NCBI RefSeq assembly: GCF_004010195.1
Contig: NC_057754.1
Span: 6,184,583 to 6,248,582 of the forward strand
Length of the DNA: 64,000 nucleotides
DNA from: Chiloscyllium plagiosum
Taxonomy: Eukaryota
Direction of reading: 5' to 3'
Shown here: positions 1 to 12,640 of the stretch, one piece after another
Layout of the letters: every line of letters begins with the position of its first letter
Numbering within the stretch: position 1 is the stretch's first letter
Notes under the pieces: model-generated
What the model was told of the DNA's origin: nothing
The model's input: only the letters and a program-made list of their open reading frames with translations
Databases searched by the model: none
Program-made: the position numbers and the translations under genes

Positions 1-406
1 CCACCCCTCTCGATCCACACACCCCCTGTCTGCCTACCCTCCCTCCCAGTCCCCTAGTTCTGTACTCCCCCACTCCAGGGCAAATATCTTCTCTATTTAC
101 CGTATCCATGCCCAGCCTAATTTTAAAAATCTCTTTAAGGTCACCATTCAGCCTCTGACGCTCCAGGGAAAACAGCCTATCCAACCCTGGCAACATGCTA
201 TAATTCTTTTCTTATCTCTTTAAAATTTAAGAACATCCATCTGATAGGAAGGAGAACAGAATTATATGGAATATTGAGTCAGCAACTTTTGCAATGTCCT
301 GTACAGCCGCAATATGACCTCCCAACCCCAATACTCAATACTCTGACCAATAAAGACCCTGTATCCCTTGCCCACCAGGAAATAGTGTAAGTGTCCTTAC
401 CTCTGG
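1..406 (-). repeat. Inverted paralogous copy of 9796-10200
   Basis: 1-406 is the reverse complement of 9796-10200, including the CR1/unique junction and the GA-rich tract, with several substitutions. Confidence 0.9.
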
Positions 407-906
407 NNNNNNNNNNNNNNNNNNNNNNNNNNNNNNNNNNNNNNNNNNNNNNNNNNNNNNNNNNNNNNNNNNNNNNNNNNNNNNNNNNNNNNNNNNNNNN
501 NNNNNNNNNNNNNNNNNNNNNNNNNNNNNNNNNNNNNNNNNNNNNNNNNNNNNNNNNNNNNNNNNNNNNNNNNNNNNNNNNNNNNNNNNNNNNNNNNNNN
601 NNNNNNNNNNNNNNNNNNNNNNNNNNNNNNNNNNNNNNNNNNNNNNNNNNNNNNNNNNNNNNNNNNNNNNNNNNNNNNNNNNNNNNNNNNNNNNNNNNNN
701 NNNNNNNNNNNNNNNNNNNNNNNNNNNNNNNNNNNNNNNNNNNNNNNNNNNNNNNNNNNNNNNNNNNNNNNNNNNNNNNNNNNNNNNNNNNNNNNNNNNN
801 NNNNNNNNNNNNNNNNNNNNNNNNNNNNNNNNNNNNNNNNNNNNNNNNNNNNNNNNNNNNNNNNNNNNNNNNNNNNNNNNNNNNNNNNNNNNNNNNNNNN
901 NNNNNN
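407..906. other. Assembly gap, 500 N (also 30510-31009 and 47010-47509); sized gaps at 12754-13061, 37643-37848 and 50219-51183
   Basis: N runs. The three identical 500-N lengths indicate placeholder scaffold joins. Confidence 0.98.
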
Positions 907-1619
907 TCCACCCACATGGACATGTTGAAGAGCATGACAGGAGAAAGGATTGAAACCGAGAGTTCAATAGCCACAATGAGAGAGGAAGAAGGAAATAAAC
1001 GGTGATTGTGGATCCCAGGGGATACAGACTCCAGGATTAGTCCTTGTTGGCATTCCCGCAGTAATACGAGACTGCATTCCATGATGAGAGTTAAACCCGG
1101 GTGGCAGGAGAGGGAGCCACTGAACATGAACAGGTTTAGTTCAAACACAGGAGGTTTGTTCAGTCAGTAACAGTGTGTTAGACATGGAGGTGAAGTGAAA
1201 CGTGAGGGGAAATGTTGCCACAAGCTGATGATGGATAACTTTCATTGGAACAGGAGAAGTCCATTCAGCCCCTCGACTTTGCTCTGCCATTCATGATGAT
1301 CAAAGCTGATGTGTGACCTAACGTACAATTTGCAAAACCGTCTAATTTCATCAATAAACTCCTCTGCAACAGACAAGATGAGTATTGAAAAACTAAACAT
1401 CTGCAAATGCTGGGACATCAGAAAAAAAAAAACAGAAATTGCTAGAAAAATTCAGCAGATCTGGCAGCATCTGTGGAGAGTGAACCTTTCAGGACCAGTG
1501 ACCGGTCAGGGGACCAGCTGTAGCTGACCATTCTGCCTGTTCTGGAACACTCTGGAACAGGTTCTCGTGTGAGATTGTCAATAGTAACTGAGAGAAACAG
1601 GAGGACGGGCTCCATCAGA

Positions 1620-2300
1620 ATAAGGAATTCACTTACCCCTCCCTGTGGGACACTCACCGACATAGTAACACTGCGGAGAGGCCGTTCAGATGAACGGCCC
1701 CACATATGGGAAGGGATTTACTCGATCTTACAATTTGCTGAGGCACCAGAGATAGCGCAATGGATTTAGGCCCTTCACCTGCTCCATGTGTGAGAAAGGA
1801 TTCATTCAAATCTCTCACCTGCGGAGTCAGTAGTGCATTCCCAGCGGGGAGAGGCCATTCACCTGCTCAGTGTGTGGGAAAGCATTCACTCAGTCCTCTG
1901 ACCGACTTAAGCACCAGCGAGATCACTCTGGGGAAAGGTCATTCACTTGTTCCCAGTGTGGGGGGAGATTCACTCAAATGCAGCACCTGCGGAATCCCCA
2001 GTGAGCCCACACAGGGGGAGAGGCCATTCAGGAGCTCAGTCTGTGAGAGGGGATTCAGTGATTCATCCTGTCCCATTGAGACCCCAGTGAGCCCACACAG
2101 GGGGAGAGCTCATTCAGATGCTCAATGTGGGAGAAGGAATTCAGAGATTCATCCTGCCTCCGAGACCCCAGCGGGTTCACACTGGGTAGGAGCTGTTCAC
2201 CCTTCTGTGTGACAAGGGATTTGCTGCGTCTTCAACACGATTGAGAGACCAGTGAGTGCTCACAGGGAAGTGGTCATCCCCCTGCTCCGTGTGGACTGCA
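1620..2300 (+). pseudogene. Decayed tandem C2H2 (Kruppel-type) zinc-finger array, about 8 fingers
   Basis: Manual translation: KEFTYPSLWDTHRHSNTAERPFR*...[100 protein letters not shown](frameshift)ERPF. Shows 84-bp periodicity, TGERPF-type linkers, and multiple stops and frameshifts. Confidence 0.9.
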
Positions 2301-4199
2301 GGAGTCTGATTTTGATGTTACTGTCCATCAGAGTCAGGACCTAGTACATGATGACACTGCTGGAGTATTGATGTTGTTGTTGTTAATCACATTAACTGGG
2401 CTGGAGGTGACTGAACTTACATTGCCACTGACTGAACCTCAGGATATCTCTCTGGGCAGTAAGTCTCCACAAACAGCAATGTGACAAGGAGCAGGGATTA
2501 CCTGTTTTGATTTAAATTGTGATTGCAGCACTGCTGCTTCACAGCATCAGGTACAAGGTTGGAGTCCAGCCTTGGCCAATGGCCGGTGTGGAGTTCCCAC
2601 ATTCTCCCCAAGATAGTGTGGGTCCTCTCCAGGTGCTCTGGTTTCCTCCCACAGTCCAAAGATGTGCAGGTCAGGTGGATCAGTCGTGTTAAATTGTCCA
2701 CAGGATCCAGGATTGTGCAGACTAGGTGGATCAGCCATGGGAAATGCAGTTTTACAGTGATAGAGTGCTCTGGGCGTGATGAACTTCGGACGGTCGGTGG
2801 GGTTTGATGGGCCAATGCTCTCCTTCCACACTGTTGGGATTTTATTCTCTGATTGAGGATAAAGGCTACACAGCAGGGTGTTCTTGGAGAAGGAGCATGT
2901 GGTGTGCATCAATGCTCTCGATGCCTTTAGATAGAGGTGGGCACCATAGGGGATATAGTGCTTTATCTCCACCGCTGCCCCCTCCCCACAACTCTACTTT
3001 GATTTTGTCCCTTCTCACTCGGTCACTTGTAATGGTTTGCTTGGCCCGTAATGGGCTTTGTTTGGAAATATTCGATTGATTACACAAATGGTTTACTGCT
3101 GGTGAATATATGTCTAGATTAGAGTGGTGCTGGAAAAGCATAGCAGGTCAGGCAGGATCCGAGGAGCTGGAAAATCAACGTTTTGGCAAAAGCCCTTTTC
3201 CAGCACCCTTCTAATCTAGGCTCTGGTTTCCAGCATCTGCAGTCCTCACTTTTGCAGTGCTGTTGATTAAATGTTAACCAAAAGCAAAATGGCGTAATGA
3301 TGATTTTGATGGTGGGAAGGTTGCTGTGATCACATTTTTGGGTCGGAGAAATGGGGAAAAAGAACGCTTCACAGCTCACAGAACGAGAAATGAAAAGCAG
3401 TTAAATCAAACCAAAGGTTCAGACAGGGAGGGAATATTTCCCTGGAGTTTGAGTAACTGGAAAGTGATGGTGTCCGGGAATAGACAGGATTTTGTTTTAC
3501 AAAGGTTGAAAGTTTTAAAACTGTTATATTCAGACAGTTTACATTATTTTCTTTAATTTTATTTGCGGTGCAAAAAACTTTTACATTTTAAAACCAAAAT
3601 TTACAAACCTTGTGTTAAATATAAATGTTAAATAAAATCCATCAAACCATCCCTCATTGAAAACTGATGTGGAGGTGCAATCTCCTGGAGAATCCCTGCC
3701 CTGCTGACTTCTTCCTACCCGGGCTCCATGACTATATACATACCTGGGAGATAGCAGCAGGAGACCATTCGACCTTTCAATCCTGCTCCACCATTCAATG
3801 GGAAACAGCTGACCATCCAGCTCAGTCTCCTGTTCCTGCTGTGTTCCAATCCCCTTTCATGACTTTACCTCGAAGAACTATATCTAAGCCCTCCTTTGGC
3901 TTCACTGCCTGTTCCAGTGATGTTGTTGTGTTACTGTGTAGGTTTAGGCAGGGGTAATGTGATGGTGCTGCCTCCTGAAGGATGCACACAGCGTCCCTCA
4001 TCATCCTGCAGTAACATCAACTGGGGTTCAGCAACTAGAGATAGAACCCCTTTCCAGGATATGAGCATCACTGGCTCAGCCAGCATTTATTCTCCATCTC
4101 TAGTTACCCTTGAGAAGATGGTAGTGAGCTGGTGTCTTGTACCATTGACAGTCCATTTGGCGCAGAGAGACCGATAATGCTGTGAGGAGAGTGTGCAGG

Positions 4200-4309
4200 A
4201 TTTTGACCGAGTAATTCTCCATATTTGCTTCTTCAAATTCTGGTTAACTTCATCATGATCTGCACGTGATTTTGAGATTTCAGTCTGCAAATCTTCACCA
4301 TCTAGCACC
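4200..4309 (-). pseudogene. 5' part of the same zinc-finger exon family (no fingers retained)
   Basis: Acceptor ...attcatttatacAG|GGTGCTAGATGGTGAAGATTTGCAGACTGAAATCTCAAA resembles the exon start at 8447. Upstream GTAAGT donor at 4423-4418. Confidence 0.4.
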
Positions 4310-4504
4310 CTGTATAAATGAATATGTACAGATTAGAAATTCAGAACAGACAATCCTAGTTTCTCTGGAATATCTTTTTTTCCCATTTTTTCCCCGAAAG
4401 CTGTAACCCTTCAGCCCACTTACTCTCTCCCACCGTTCTGACTCTGCTGCCCCCTAATGTACACTCTCCACATTCTCATGGAGTTGCTGATAAACAGATC
4501 CATG

Positions 4505-4955
4505 CCACCACTTCCCGCCCCTGGTTAGACGCTGCACCCTTTCTGGGTTCACTTCCTTTCCCTTCAGTTGCTGCAATTCAATAATGTAACAGCAGAATGA
4601 AACAAAAGGAAACAGAAAGGGAGGTGGCAGAACCTTGACAGAAGAGGAACCTTCAGTCTGGGAGATTGGGTCAGATCCTTCTTTGTTTCCCATTGGTTGA
4701 TTCCCACCATTACAATGAAATGGGGATAAAGAGTGGTCCTACATGGGTGTAGTGGCACTTTGACCCCCCAACTGATCAATACTATGAGCAGATGCATTCC
4801 TCCTCCAGCCAATCACAGTGTGAAATACTTTCCGCAGAGTATACTTACCCAAAGCACATCTCCAAAACCCGCCCACATTCTATACATGTACAATGCCGGG
4901 TTTCCCCGCTCACGTGTGGTGCCTGCCTCAGAGATTGTGGGAGTTGTAGTCCCCA
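4505..4955. promoter_or_regulatory. Promoter-like motif cluster
   Basis: TTCCCGCC (~4512), AGCCAATC 4807-4814, CCCGCCC 4868-4874, E-box CACGTG 4911-4916. TGGGAGTTGTAGTC at 4938-4951 is the reverse complement of GACTACAACTCCCA, a ZNF143/SBS-type motif. Confidence 0.5.
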
Positions 4956-5169
4956 TGAAGCCACTGCAGCCCTGTCTCTGGAAAGTGAAAGTAAAGTGTG
5001 GACTGGAGGGTGTTGTGTATGGGATCCCCATTCAGACACACAGAACTTACGGACTGTCTCTGGGTTTTACTGAGACATCTGCTTCCACAACCTGATTTTC
5101 TGATGTAAGGAATATAGATTCAACCAACTGGGGTGTGGGGTGGTTAATAGGAGGAGACGATTTTAAGCA

Positions 5170-5500
5170 GAGGTGGCTCAATGGTTAGCATTGCTGACCC
5201 ACAGCGTCAGGGACCTGGATTTGATTCCAACCTTAGGCGACTGTGTGGAGTTTACACGTTCTCCCCGTGTCTGTGTGGGTTTCCTCTGGGTACTCCAGTT
5301 TCATCCCACAGTCCAAAAATGTACAGGTTAAGTGGATTGGCTATGCTAAATTGCCCATTGTATTCATGCAGGTTAAGCCAATAACCATGGGAAATACAGA
5401 GAATGGGTGAGTCTGAATGGGATGCTCATTATAGGGTTGGTGTGTACTCCGTGGACGATTACCCTGTTTCTGCACTGTAGGGACTCTATTCTATTCTAAA
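5170..5500 (+). mobile_element. HE1-type tRNA-derived SINE (other copies ~2520-2850, 9200-9490, 10540-10760, 13898-14160, 18600-18830, 23210-23410, 29225-29380)
   Basis: Pol III A box GGTGGCTCAATGGTTAGC and B-box-like GATTTGATTCC; conserved body GTTTCnTCCCACAGTCCAAA(G)ATGTGCAGGTTAG; CR1-like tail. Confidence 0.8.
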
Positions 5501-5907
5501 TGAATAAGAATGTACTTATCTCAATGTGTTGTGAATTTGTGGAATTCGCTATTCAAAATGGAGTGGATGCCAGAACAATGAGCCAATTTACTGAAGAGAT
5601 ACAGATGTCGATTTTGCAATGAGTTGAAGGGTGAGAGAGAGCAGGCAGGAAAATCCAGCTGAGACCGAGGTGAGCTCAATCATCACTGTATTAAATGGTG
5701 GAGCTGGTTGGAAGGGCTGCATTGCATCTCCTGTGCCCAGTGCTTATCTTCTTACGGTAATAACTGGAAAGCTGAATACAAAACTCAGCACCCTCACCAA
5801 AGGAGATTTTCGGAAACAGCAGGATAGTCAGGTGGATTAGAGTTCCAAACTTAGATAGTGAGGAAGTATGTGGGAGATAATGATTTTGCAATTTTAAAGT
5901 GAGGTGA

Positions 5908-6082
5908 GTTAAAAATCACACAACAACAGGTTATAGTCCAACAGGTTTAATTGGATCATGATGAAGGAGCAACGCTCCGAAATCTAATGTGTTTCCAATT
6001 AAACCTGAAGGACTATAACCTGGTGTTGTGAGATTTTTAACTTTGTGCACCCCAGTCCAACATCGGCATCTCCAAATCATGT
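5908..6082 (+). mobile_element. Short Penelope-type hairpin element with hammerhead-like core at 5958-5986
   Basis: Arms GTTAAAAATCACACAAC...GGTTATAGTCC...AGGTTTAATTGGA / TCCAATTAAACCT...GGACTATAACC...GATTTTTAAC. Core ATGATGA-A-GGAGC(AAC)GCTCC-GAAA. A second partial copy is at ~6775-6895. Confidence 0.6.
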
Positions 6083-7961
6083 AAACTGAGGAGAGACAGT
6101 GATTTCTGGTTTTGGACTGTGTCTACATTCACACCGTCCAGAATACTCTGTTGTGAATATCTATCCTGTACTTTATGACAAAGCCAAGGTCTCTGACAAT
6201 GAAAACCAAAACACCCAGGTAACATCGCCTCACCTCGTAATCTGATAAAAAGACTTGTGATAAATCTGGTTGAATTTAGAATACAGTTGGAAAGCGGGAA
6301 GATTAAATCCAATCCCAAGATCCTGTGCTTAAACAAAGGAGACTACAATAGGATGAGGCAGGAGTTGGTTAATGTAGACTGGAAGCAAAGACTTTAGGGT
6401 GGGACAGTTGAAAGATAGCGGAGGAATATCAAGGAATTTTTCAAACTGCTCAGCAAAAGTATATATCAGTGAAAAGGAAGGACTGTAGGAAAAGGAGTAA
6501 TCTGCCATGGGTGGCTAAGGAAATAAGGGAGTCTATCAAATTGAAATAGAAAGCATACAAATTGGCAAAGCCCAAGGAGAAACTACGAGATTAGAAAAAA
6601 ACTTTAAAGATCAACAGAAAGCGAGATGGGATTGGGGGAGAAAAGTGATGAGCAGCTATCCCCAGGGCCAGAATAGCAGTTTACACGGCTAGAGGGGAAC
6701 CTATTGTTTGGGGAACATATGGCCTCTGTAATTGTTGAAGCACTTCACTGTTACCATAGAGATAATCCTGATCAAGTTAAAAATCACAGCACACTCCAAA
6801 AGCTTGTACTCCCAAATAAACCTGTTGGACTATAACCTGTTGTGTGATTTATAGGTTTGTCCACCCCATCCCAACACCGGCTCCTCCACATCAGAATCCT
6901 GATAAGACAGCCCCACTGAAACTGAAGCGTCTGTCAGATACTTGAGGGAGCCAGAAGGGTGTGGGGCAGGGGTGTATGTTTTAACCACGAAGTGCTAAAC
7001 TGAACTAGACTTTCTAACTGACCGTTGCCATGGAGATAATACTGAGAGATAGTCTATATTCAAAGTCCCAAACCACAAAGGTATGAGAATGGGAGCTTTA
7101 CATCGGACAGGTGGGGCGTTACCTGATGCTGCCCGGAGGTGTTCTGCATGTACACTATCCAGGTAACTGCCATGTTTCATCAATAAAGACTTAAAGAAGA
7201 CCTCAGAGTTCTGTGCCTAGTTATTTCTATCCAGTAGGATTCAGAAATATGAGTACACAGCAGTCAGTCTTCACAGTGGAGGATACGAAGAACATGCCAG
7301 TAATTGATCAGGAGACTGAGGAAGGTGAGGACCTAGAAATAACCATTATCATGAAAGAGTTAGAACTGGGCAAGCTGATGGAGCTAAAGGTAGACAAGTC
7401 TCATTGCCCTGATGGAATACATCCCAGGATACCAACAGAGTTAGTGGGAGAAATAGCAGATGCACTTAGAGTCATAGCATCCTGCAGCAGAGACAGGCCC
7501 TTTGGCCCAAACTGGCCCATGCTGACCAGAATGTCCATCCACACTAACCCCATTTCCCTGCACTTGGCCCATCTGCTCCTGATCCTTTCCTATCCATGTA
7601 TTTGTCCAAATGTCTTTTATCTGTTGTGAGTGTACCCACCTCAACCACTTCCACTGGCAACTCAGTCCATATACATACCACCCTCTGTGTAAAACAGTTG
7701 CCCCTCAGCTTCCCTTTTATTCTTTCCCCTCTAATCTTCAACTGATGCCCTCCAGTCCTGATTTCCTGGGAAAACGACTGAGTGCATTCACCTTACCCAT
7801 GCCCCTCATGGTCTTATACACTTCTAGAAAAGAACCCCCTCAGTTTCCCCTGCTCTAAACAAAAAAATCCTCGCTTGTCCAACCTCTCCCTTTTACGCAG
7901 ACCCCTGAGCCCTGGCAACACCCTTGGAAATTGTTCTGCACTTTTTACAGTTTAATAACTA

Positions 7962-8447
7962 AAACCTACATTACATTCATCACATTTCCAGTATTTCCCC
8001 ACGGTGCTGGAACCGACGTGACAACGCCAATGGATTACAATCCATGATCGAGAATGAACTCTTTTACAACAATCCCGTTTTCATAGTGTTTCCCATGGTG
8101 CAGGTATCCTTGTGGCTTTCTGGTTGCATGGTTAATTAAAGACTTGTCCTTCTACAAAGCAAAGCTGTGGCTTAATTGTTCCGGGAAACGTGCCATGATT
8201 TTTCAGACTTTCAAAAACAAATGAACTCTTTCTCCACAGTCACCATGCCAACATGGACTTGGCTGTACCTCAGTAATTTTTCCAGTCACACTGACATTTG
8301 AAATATTTGCCCATGGACAGAATACACAACTTTCCTTCCACATGAAAAAGCCAATGATATTCAGATCGGCACGGATCAAGTAACTATCAGATCTGAACAT
8401 GAAGTTCAATTTGAATTTCTCATCCACAAATCCACCCTTTCAGTACC
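7962..8447 (-). pseudogene. Decayed terminal exon of a C2H2 zinc-finger gene, truncated by a CR1 fragment
   Basis: AG acceptor before 8447. 8004-7962 reads TVGKYWKCDECNVGF (linker plus CxxC half-finger). Shares GATCTGAATATCATTGGC...TGTGGAAGGA with 22345-22477. Confidence 0.6.
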
Positions 8448-10764
8448 CTACAACTGAGAAAACAACTCACCACGTTAATACAGGATGGATCTTTATAAGA
8501 CAATTATAGTATTAAATTGTAGTTTCTTGTTCCCCAAAGTTTTAACTCTCAGTCTAACAATTTCTTTCTTCTGTGAACTGAAATCCAAACTAATCTCCTC
8601 ACTCCTTTCCTCCACACCCAGTTCTCACAGTCTCTCTCCTCTCTTTGAACTTAGTTTCTTAGCTCTTGTCTGCGGACTAAGAACCAAATCAATGAGTCTG
8701 ACTCTGAGTCCACCAGGGTGGGGGTGGGGGGTGGGGGGAGGGGGGGGGGGATGGTGGTGGTTGTTAGTGAATCCTCTGATGACAACCATCCTGCATACAC
8801 TGCTTCCTGCACACTCTGGCCAAAACCCGTCTTACTAAAATGAACCAAATTAGAATTCTAATTGCAGGCCCGTCCTTGTCGCTTTCCATAAAAACCTTGA
8901 ATCTTCACAATGGAGTTCTGATAACTTTCTGCAAAATGCTGCACCAGTGATACTCTGATCACATGTCAGGGAGCCAGGAAACGGGCCACTCCCCTGGGTC
9001 CTGCTCCCAGAGGGAGGAAGATGCCCATGACAGATTAATTCCTCACAACCACAGCCTCCTTCCCAGGCACTGTGCATACTCCCACAATTGGCTAGCACTG
9101 CGCCCATACACTGGTCTCCTCTCCTACAGCACGTGCTCCCGATAATACAGGAGCCTGGGTGATTGACAGCAGCTGCTGCACAATATATCAAAATCCCTCC
9201 AGTATGGAAACTGCCCCTTCAGCCAAACAAGTCCATAATGACCCTCCATGCAGTAACTTACACAGACCCATTTCCAGACCCTATATTTACCTCTGACTCA
9301 TGTAACTAATACTATGGGCAATTTAAAATGGCCAATTCACCTGTCCTGCCCATCTTTGGATTGGGGGGAGGAAACCGGAGCACCCGGAGGAAACCCGCTC
9401 AGACACAGGGAGAATGCACAAACTCTGGGATTGGCTGGAATCGAAACCGGGTACCTGGTGCTGTGAGGCAGCAGTGCTAACCACTGAGCCGTCTCTATAG
9501 ACGGGAAGGGGCGGGGCTGGAGAACTGGGGTAATGAGATTGTAAACAATGAATGAATGTGGAGGACACTGGGGGATGGACAGGTCAGTGAGGGAAGGATC
9601 AGTGCAGCAGCAGGAGGGGATCCTGGACAAACTGAGCAATGGGAGAGTCTGAGAGGAGAGAAACTACAGGAAGGTTCTGTTTGGAGGCTCAGGCAGGGAC
9701 AGCTGGGAGACAGTATGGCCTGGTGGCCTGGGCAGGTTTACTAATCAGCCTCTTCAAAGATGCTGTCACTCAACTCTGAGCCTGATCCTCCTAGTCCAGA
9801 GGTAAGGACACTTGCACTATTTCCTGGTGGGCAAGGGATACAGGGTCTTTATTGGTCAGAGCATTGAGTATAGGGGTTGGGGGGGGGGGGGGGTCATATT
9901 GTGGCTGTACAGGACATTGCAAAAGTTGCTGAATCAATATTCCATATGATTCTGTTCTCCTTCCTATCAGATGGATGTTCTTAAACTTTAAAGAGATCAG
10001 AAAAGAATTATAGCATGTTGCCAGGGTTGGATAGGCTGTTTTCCCTGGAGCGTCAGAGGCTGAATGGTGACCTGAAAGAGATTTTTAAAATCATGGATAC
10101 GGTAAATAGAGAAGATATTTGCCCTGGAGTGGGGGAGTGCAGAACTAGGGGACAGGGAGGGAGGGTAGGCAGACAGGGGGTGTGTGGATCGAGAGGGGTG
10201 AGACAGAAATGGCTGGGGAAAGAGGGGGGTGACGGACAGGCCGACGTGGGGGGGGACAGGCCGACAGAGGGGGGAATGGACAGAGTGGGGGAGACGGGGG
10301 GTGGGGAGCAGACAGTGCGGGGGGAGACGGGGGGAACAGAGGGGGATGATGGAGAGTTATTTTATACATATAAACTCAACCCTGCTCCTGTTTTCTCCTC
10401 CTCACCTTAATTCCCTCTGAAGGGCTCAGAGCAACTGTATAGTTCTTGGAAAGTAGAGTTTCAGGGAGATCAGGTGCTGAACGTGGCATTTGGGACACTG
10501 ACATTGAAAGGAATGTGCTGATCAATAAATAGACTCTGGTTCGATTCCACTGTCTGTGTGGTGTTTGCACATTCTCCCTGTGTGTTTGCGTGGGCTTCCT
10601 CTGGGTGCTCTTAATTTCCTCCCACAATTCCAAAGACATGCAGGTTCGCTGGATTAGCTTTGGGTAATGGCAGGTTACAGAGTCAGGGTGGAATGCTGTT
10701 CAGATGGTTGGTATGGTCTCATGGGCCGAAAGGCCTGCTTCCACACTGTGGGGATTCTGTCACT

Positions 10765-11320
10765 GAGTTTAGGAGGTCACGTTGTGGCTGAGTAGGGCAT
10801 TGGTGAGGCCAGTTTTAGAATACTGCATTCAATTGTGGTCTCCCTGATTTCAGAAAGATGTTACCAGAATAGGACTCAACCTCTTAATGACAAGTTCCTG
10901 GGAAGTGTTGACAGACAAACAGACCATGCAGTGTGGGTTCATAGTTCCTTGAAAGTGTGATTGTAGGTAGACAGGTCGGTGAAGGTGGTGTTTGGTATGC
11001 TAGCTGTTATTGGGCAGTGCATTGAGTATAGAAGCTGGGAGATCATGTTTCGGTTGTATAGTTTATTGCTTCGGCCACTTTTGGAATCCCCATACTGCAT
11101 TCAATTCCAGTCTACCTGCTATAGAAAAGATGTCGGGAAACTTGCTTTTCCAGGGTATTGCCAGTATTGGAACATTTGAATCATAGGGAGAGGATGAATA
11201 GGCTGAGGCTATTTCCCTGCATCACCGGACACTATAGGTGGCTTTATCGAACTTTATAATATTATGAGGAGCAATGATAGGGTGACTAGTCATGGTTTCT
11301 TTTTTACCAGGGTAGGGGAG
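10765..11320 (+). mobile_element. CR1 RT C-terminal fragments (others at ~6330-6620, 7255-7960, 9830-10150, 11670-11915, 47510-47660, 48170-48950, 55465-55880, 62340-62800)
   Basis: GQCIEYRSWEIMFRLYSLLLRPLLE...YCIQF motif. Confidence 0.7.
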
Positions 11321-11505
11321 ACCAAACAAATTTGAATCTTTTTTCCAAGTTGGAAATGACAAATTCTAGAAGAGAAATTGCAAGTTTAATGGATGTGAAA
11401 ACCGAAACAACTGAAGATGCTGTTAACCAGGAAGAGAAACAGAAGTTTCTGGAAAAGCTCAGCAGGTCTAGCAGCATCTGTGAAAAGAAATTAGAGTTAA
11501 CGTAT

Positions 11506-11538
11506 CTGAGGAAGGGTGACCAGACCCGAAACCTTAAC
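11506..11538 (+). ncRNA. Degenerate minimal hammerhead motif at the centre of a hairpin element (about 11395-11590)
   Basis: CTGAGGA-A-GGGT(GACCAG)ACCC-GAAA-CCTT-AAC, with flanking arms reverse-complementary. A more decayed relative is at ~15160-15195. Confidence 0.5.
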
Positions 11539-11994
11539 TGATTTTTTTTCACAGATGTTGCAGGACCTGCTGAGCATTTCCAACAACATCTGTGCAAGTT
11601 TAAAGGGAGTTTTTTGGAGTATATACCTGACAGTAACTTCATAAAGTGTGAGTCAGACCACATCTGGAGTAATGACGGAAGTTTTGGTCCCTTTATTTAA
11701 GGAAATACATCATTTCATCAGAGGCATTTCACAGAAAATTGACTGGGATGAACCCTGGTTTGCAGGGATTATCTTTTAAGAAAAGGCTGAAGAGGTTGGG
11801 ACTCTCCTCACTGGATTTGGGAAGAATGAGAGGGGATGTCATTGTAACATGTAGGATTCTTAAGGAGTTTGACAGGGTAAATACTGAGAGGATGTTTCCC
11901 ATCATGAGGGAGGCTGGAACCAGATTCTGGGTCAGTCACGGAATCACGGGTTCTGTTTTGGATTCATCAAGTTTAAGGCAACACCGACACAGGT

Positions 11995-12640
11995 AAGGGG
12001 TTTCAGTAGCAATGGAGCTGGGGTGAGGTGGAGACAAGCAACATTTTAAGAGATTGGAATTCCTGGTGTTTGTGATTGTGTAGATGTCTGATCAGAAGGT
12101 CACCTTGGGGTCAGATATGAGAGCAATATTGTGAAGAGTGTGGTTCTGCCTCAGACAGTTCCCAGGGAGGGGGAGGGGCTCTGCAGTAAGGAAAAGTAAT
12201 TTGTAATAGCAACTGAAGGCAATGGGTTCAGCCATTGCAACGTTCCGTTGCAGGAAATTGCAGCCAATCGCGTAGTGGGAGTGTGATGAGCAGATTGATA
12301 ACTGAGTAATGGAGAGGGATGATGGGAGGGAGAGCTGGGCATTGTCAGTGTACATGTGAAACCTAACACGGTGCTTTTGGGCGATGTCACCTCCTGGCAG
12401 TATGTAGGTGAGAAACAGGAGAGACCAAGGATAGATCCTTGAGAGACACCAAATACAAGGAATTCAGAAAGGAAAGGGAGAGTCGGGATGGAGTAGGTTT
12501 TTCCAACAACGGTGGAGTGAAATATTAGTTTGTAGCAGAATGGGAGAGAAGGACATAACCAGAAAAGACAGACAGATAGAACAAGGAACAATATCTGTGA
12601 ATTGGGGAGGGGGAATGATGAGGAGGAGGAGCAGCCCAAC
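11995..12640 (-). mobile_element. L2-clade LINE RT fragment (paralogous copy 24085-25040)
   Basis: GVSQGSILG and YTDNAQL (degenerate GVPQGSVLGP and YADDTQL) in adjacent frames. Confidence 0.65.

Noticed and set aside
279..1148. Long ORFs containing X runs (also around 12.7, 30.5, 37.6, 46.9 and 50.1 kb)
   Set aside because: Artefacts of translating through N gaps.
1760..2212. 150-aa ORF as an intact gene
   Set aside because: Mostly an off-frame reading of the zinc-finger pseudogene; the finger frame contains stops and frameshifts.
5170..5240. tRNA genes at A/B-box sequences
   Set aside because: They continue into SINE bodies and lack a full cloverleaf; these are tRNA-derived SINE heads.
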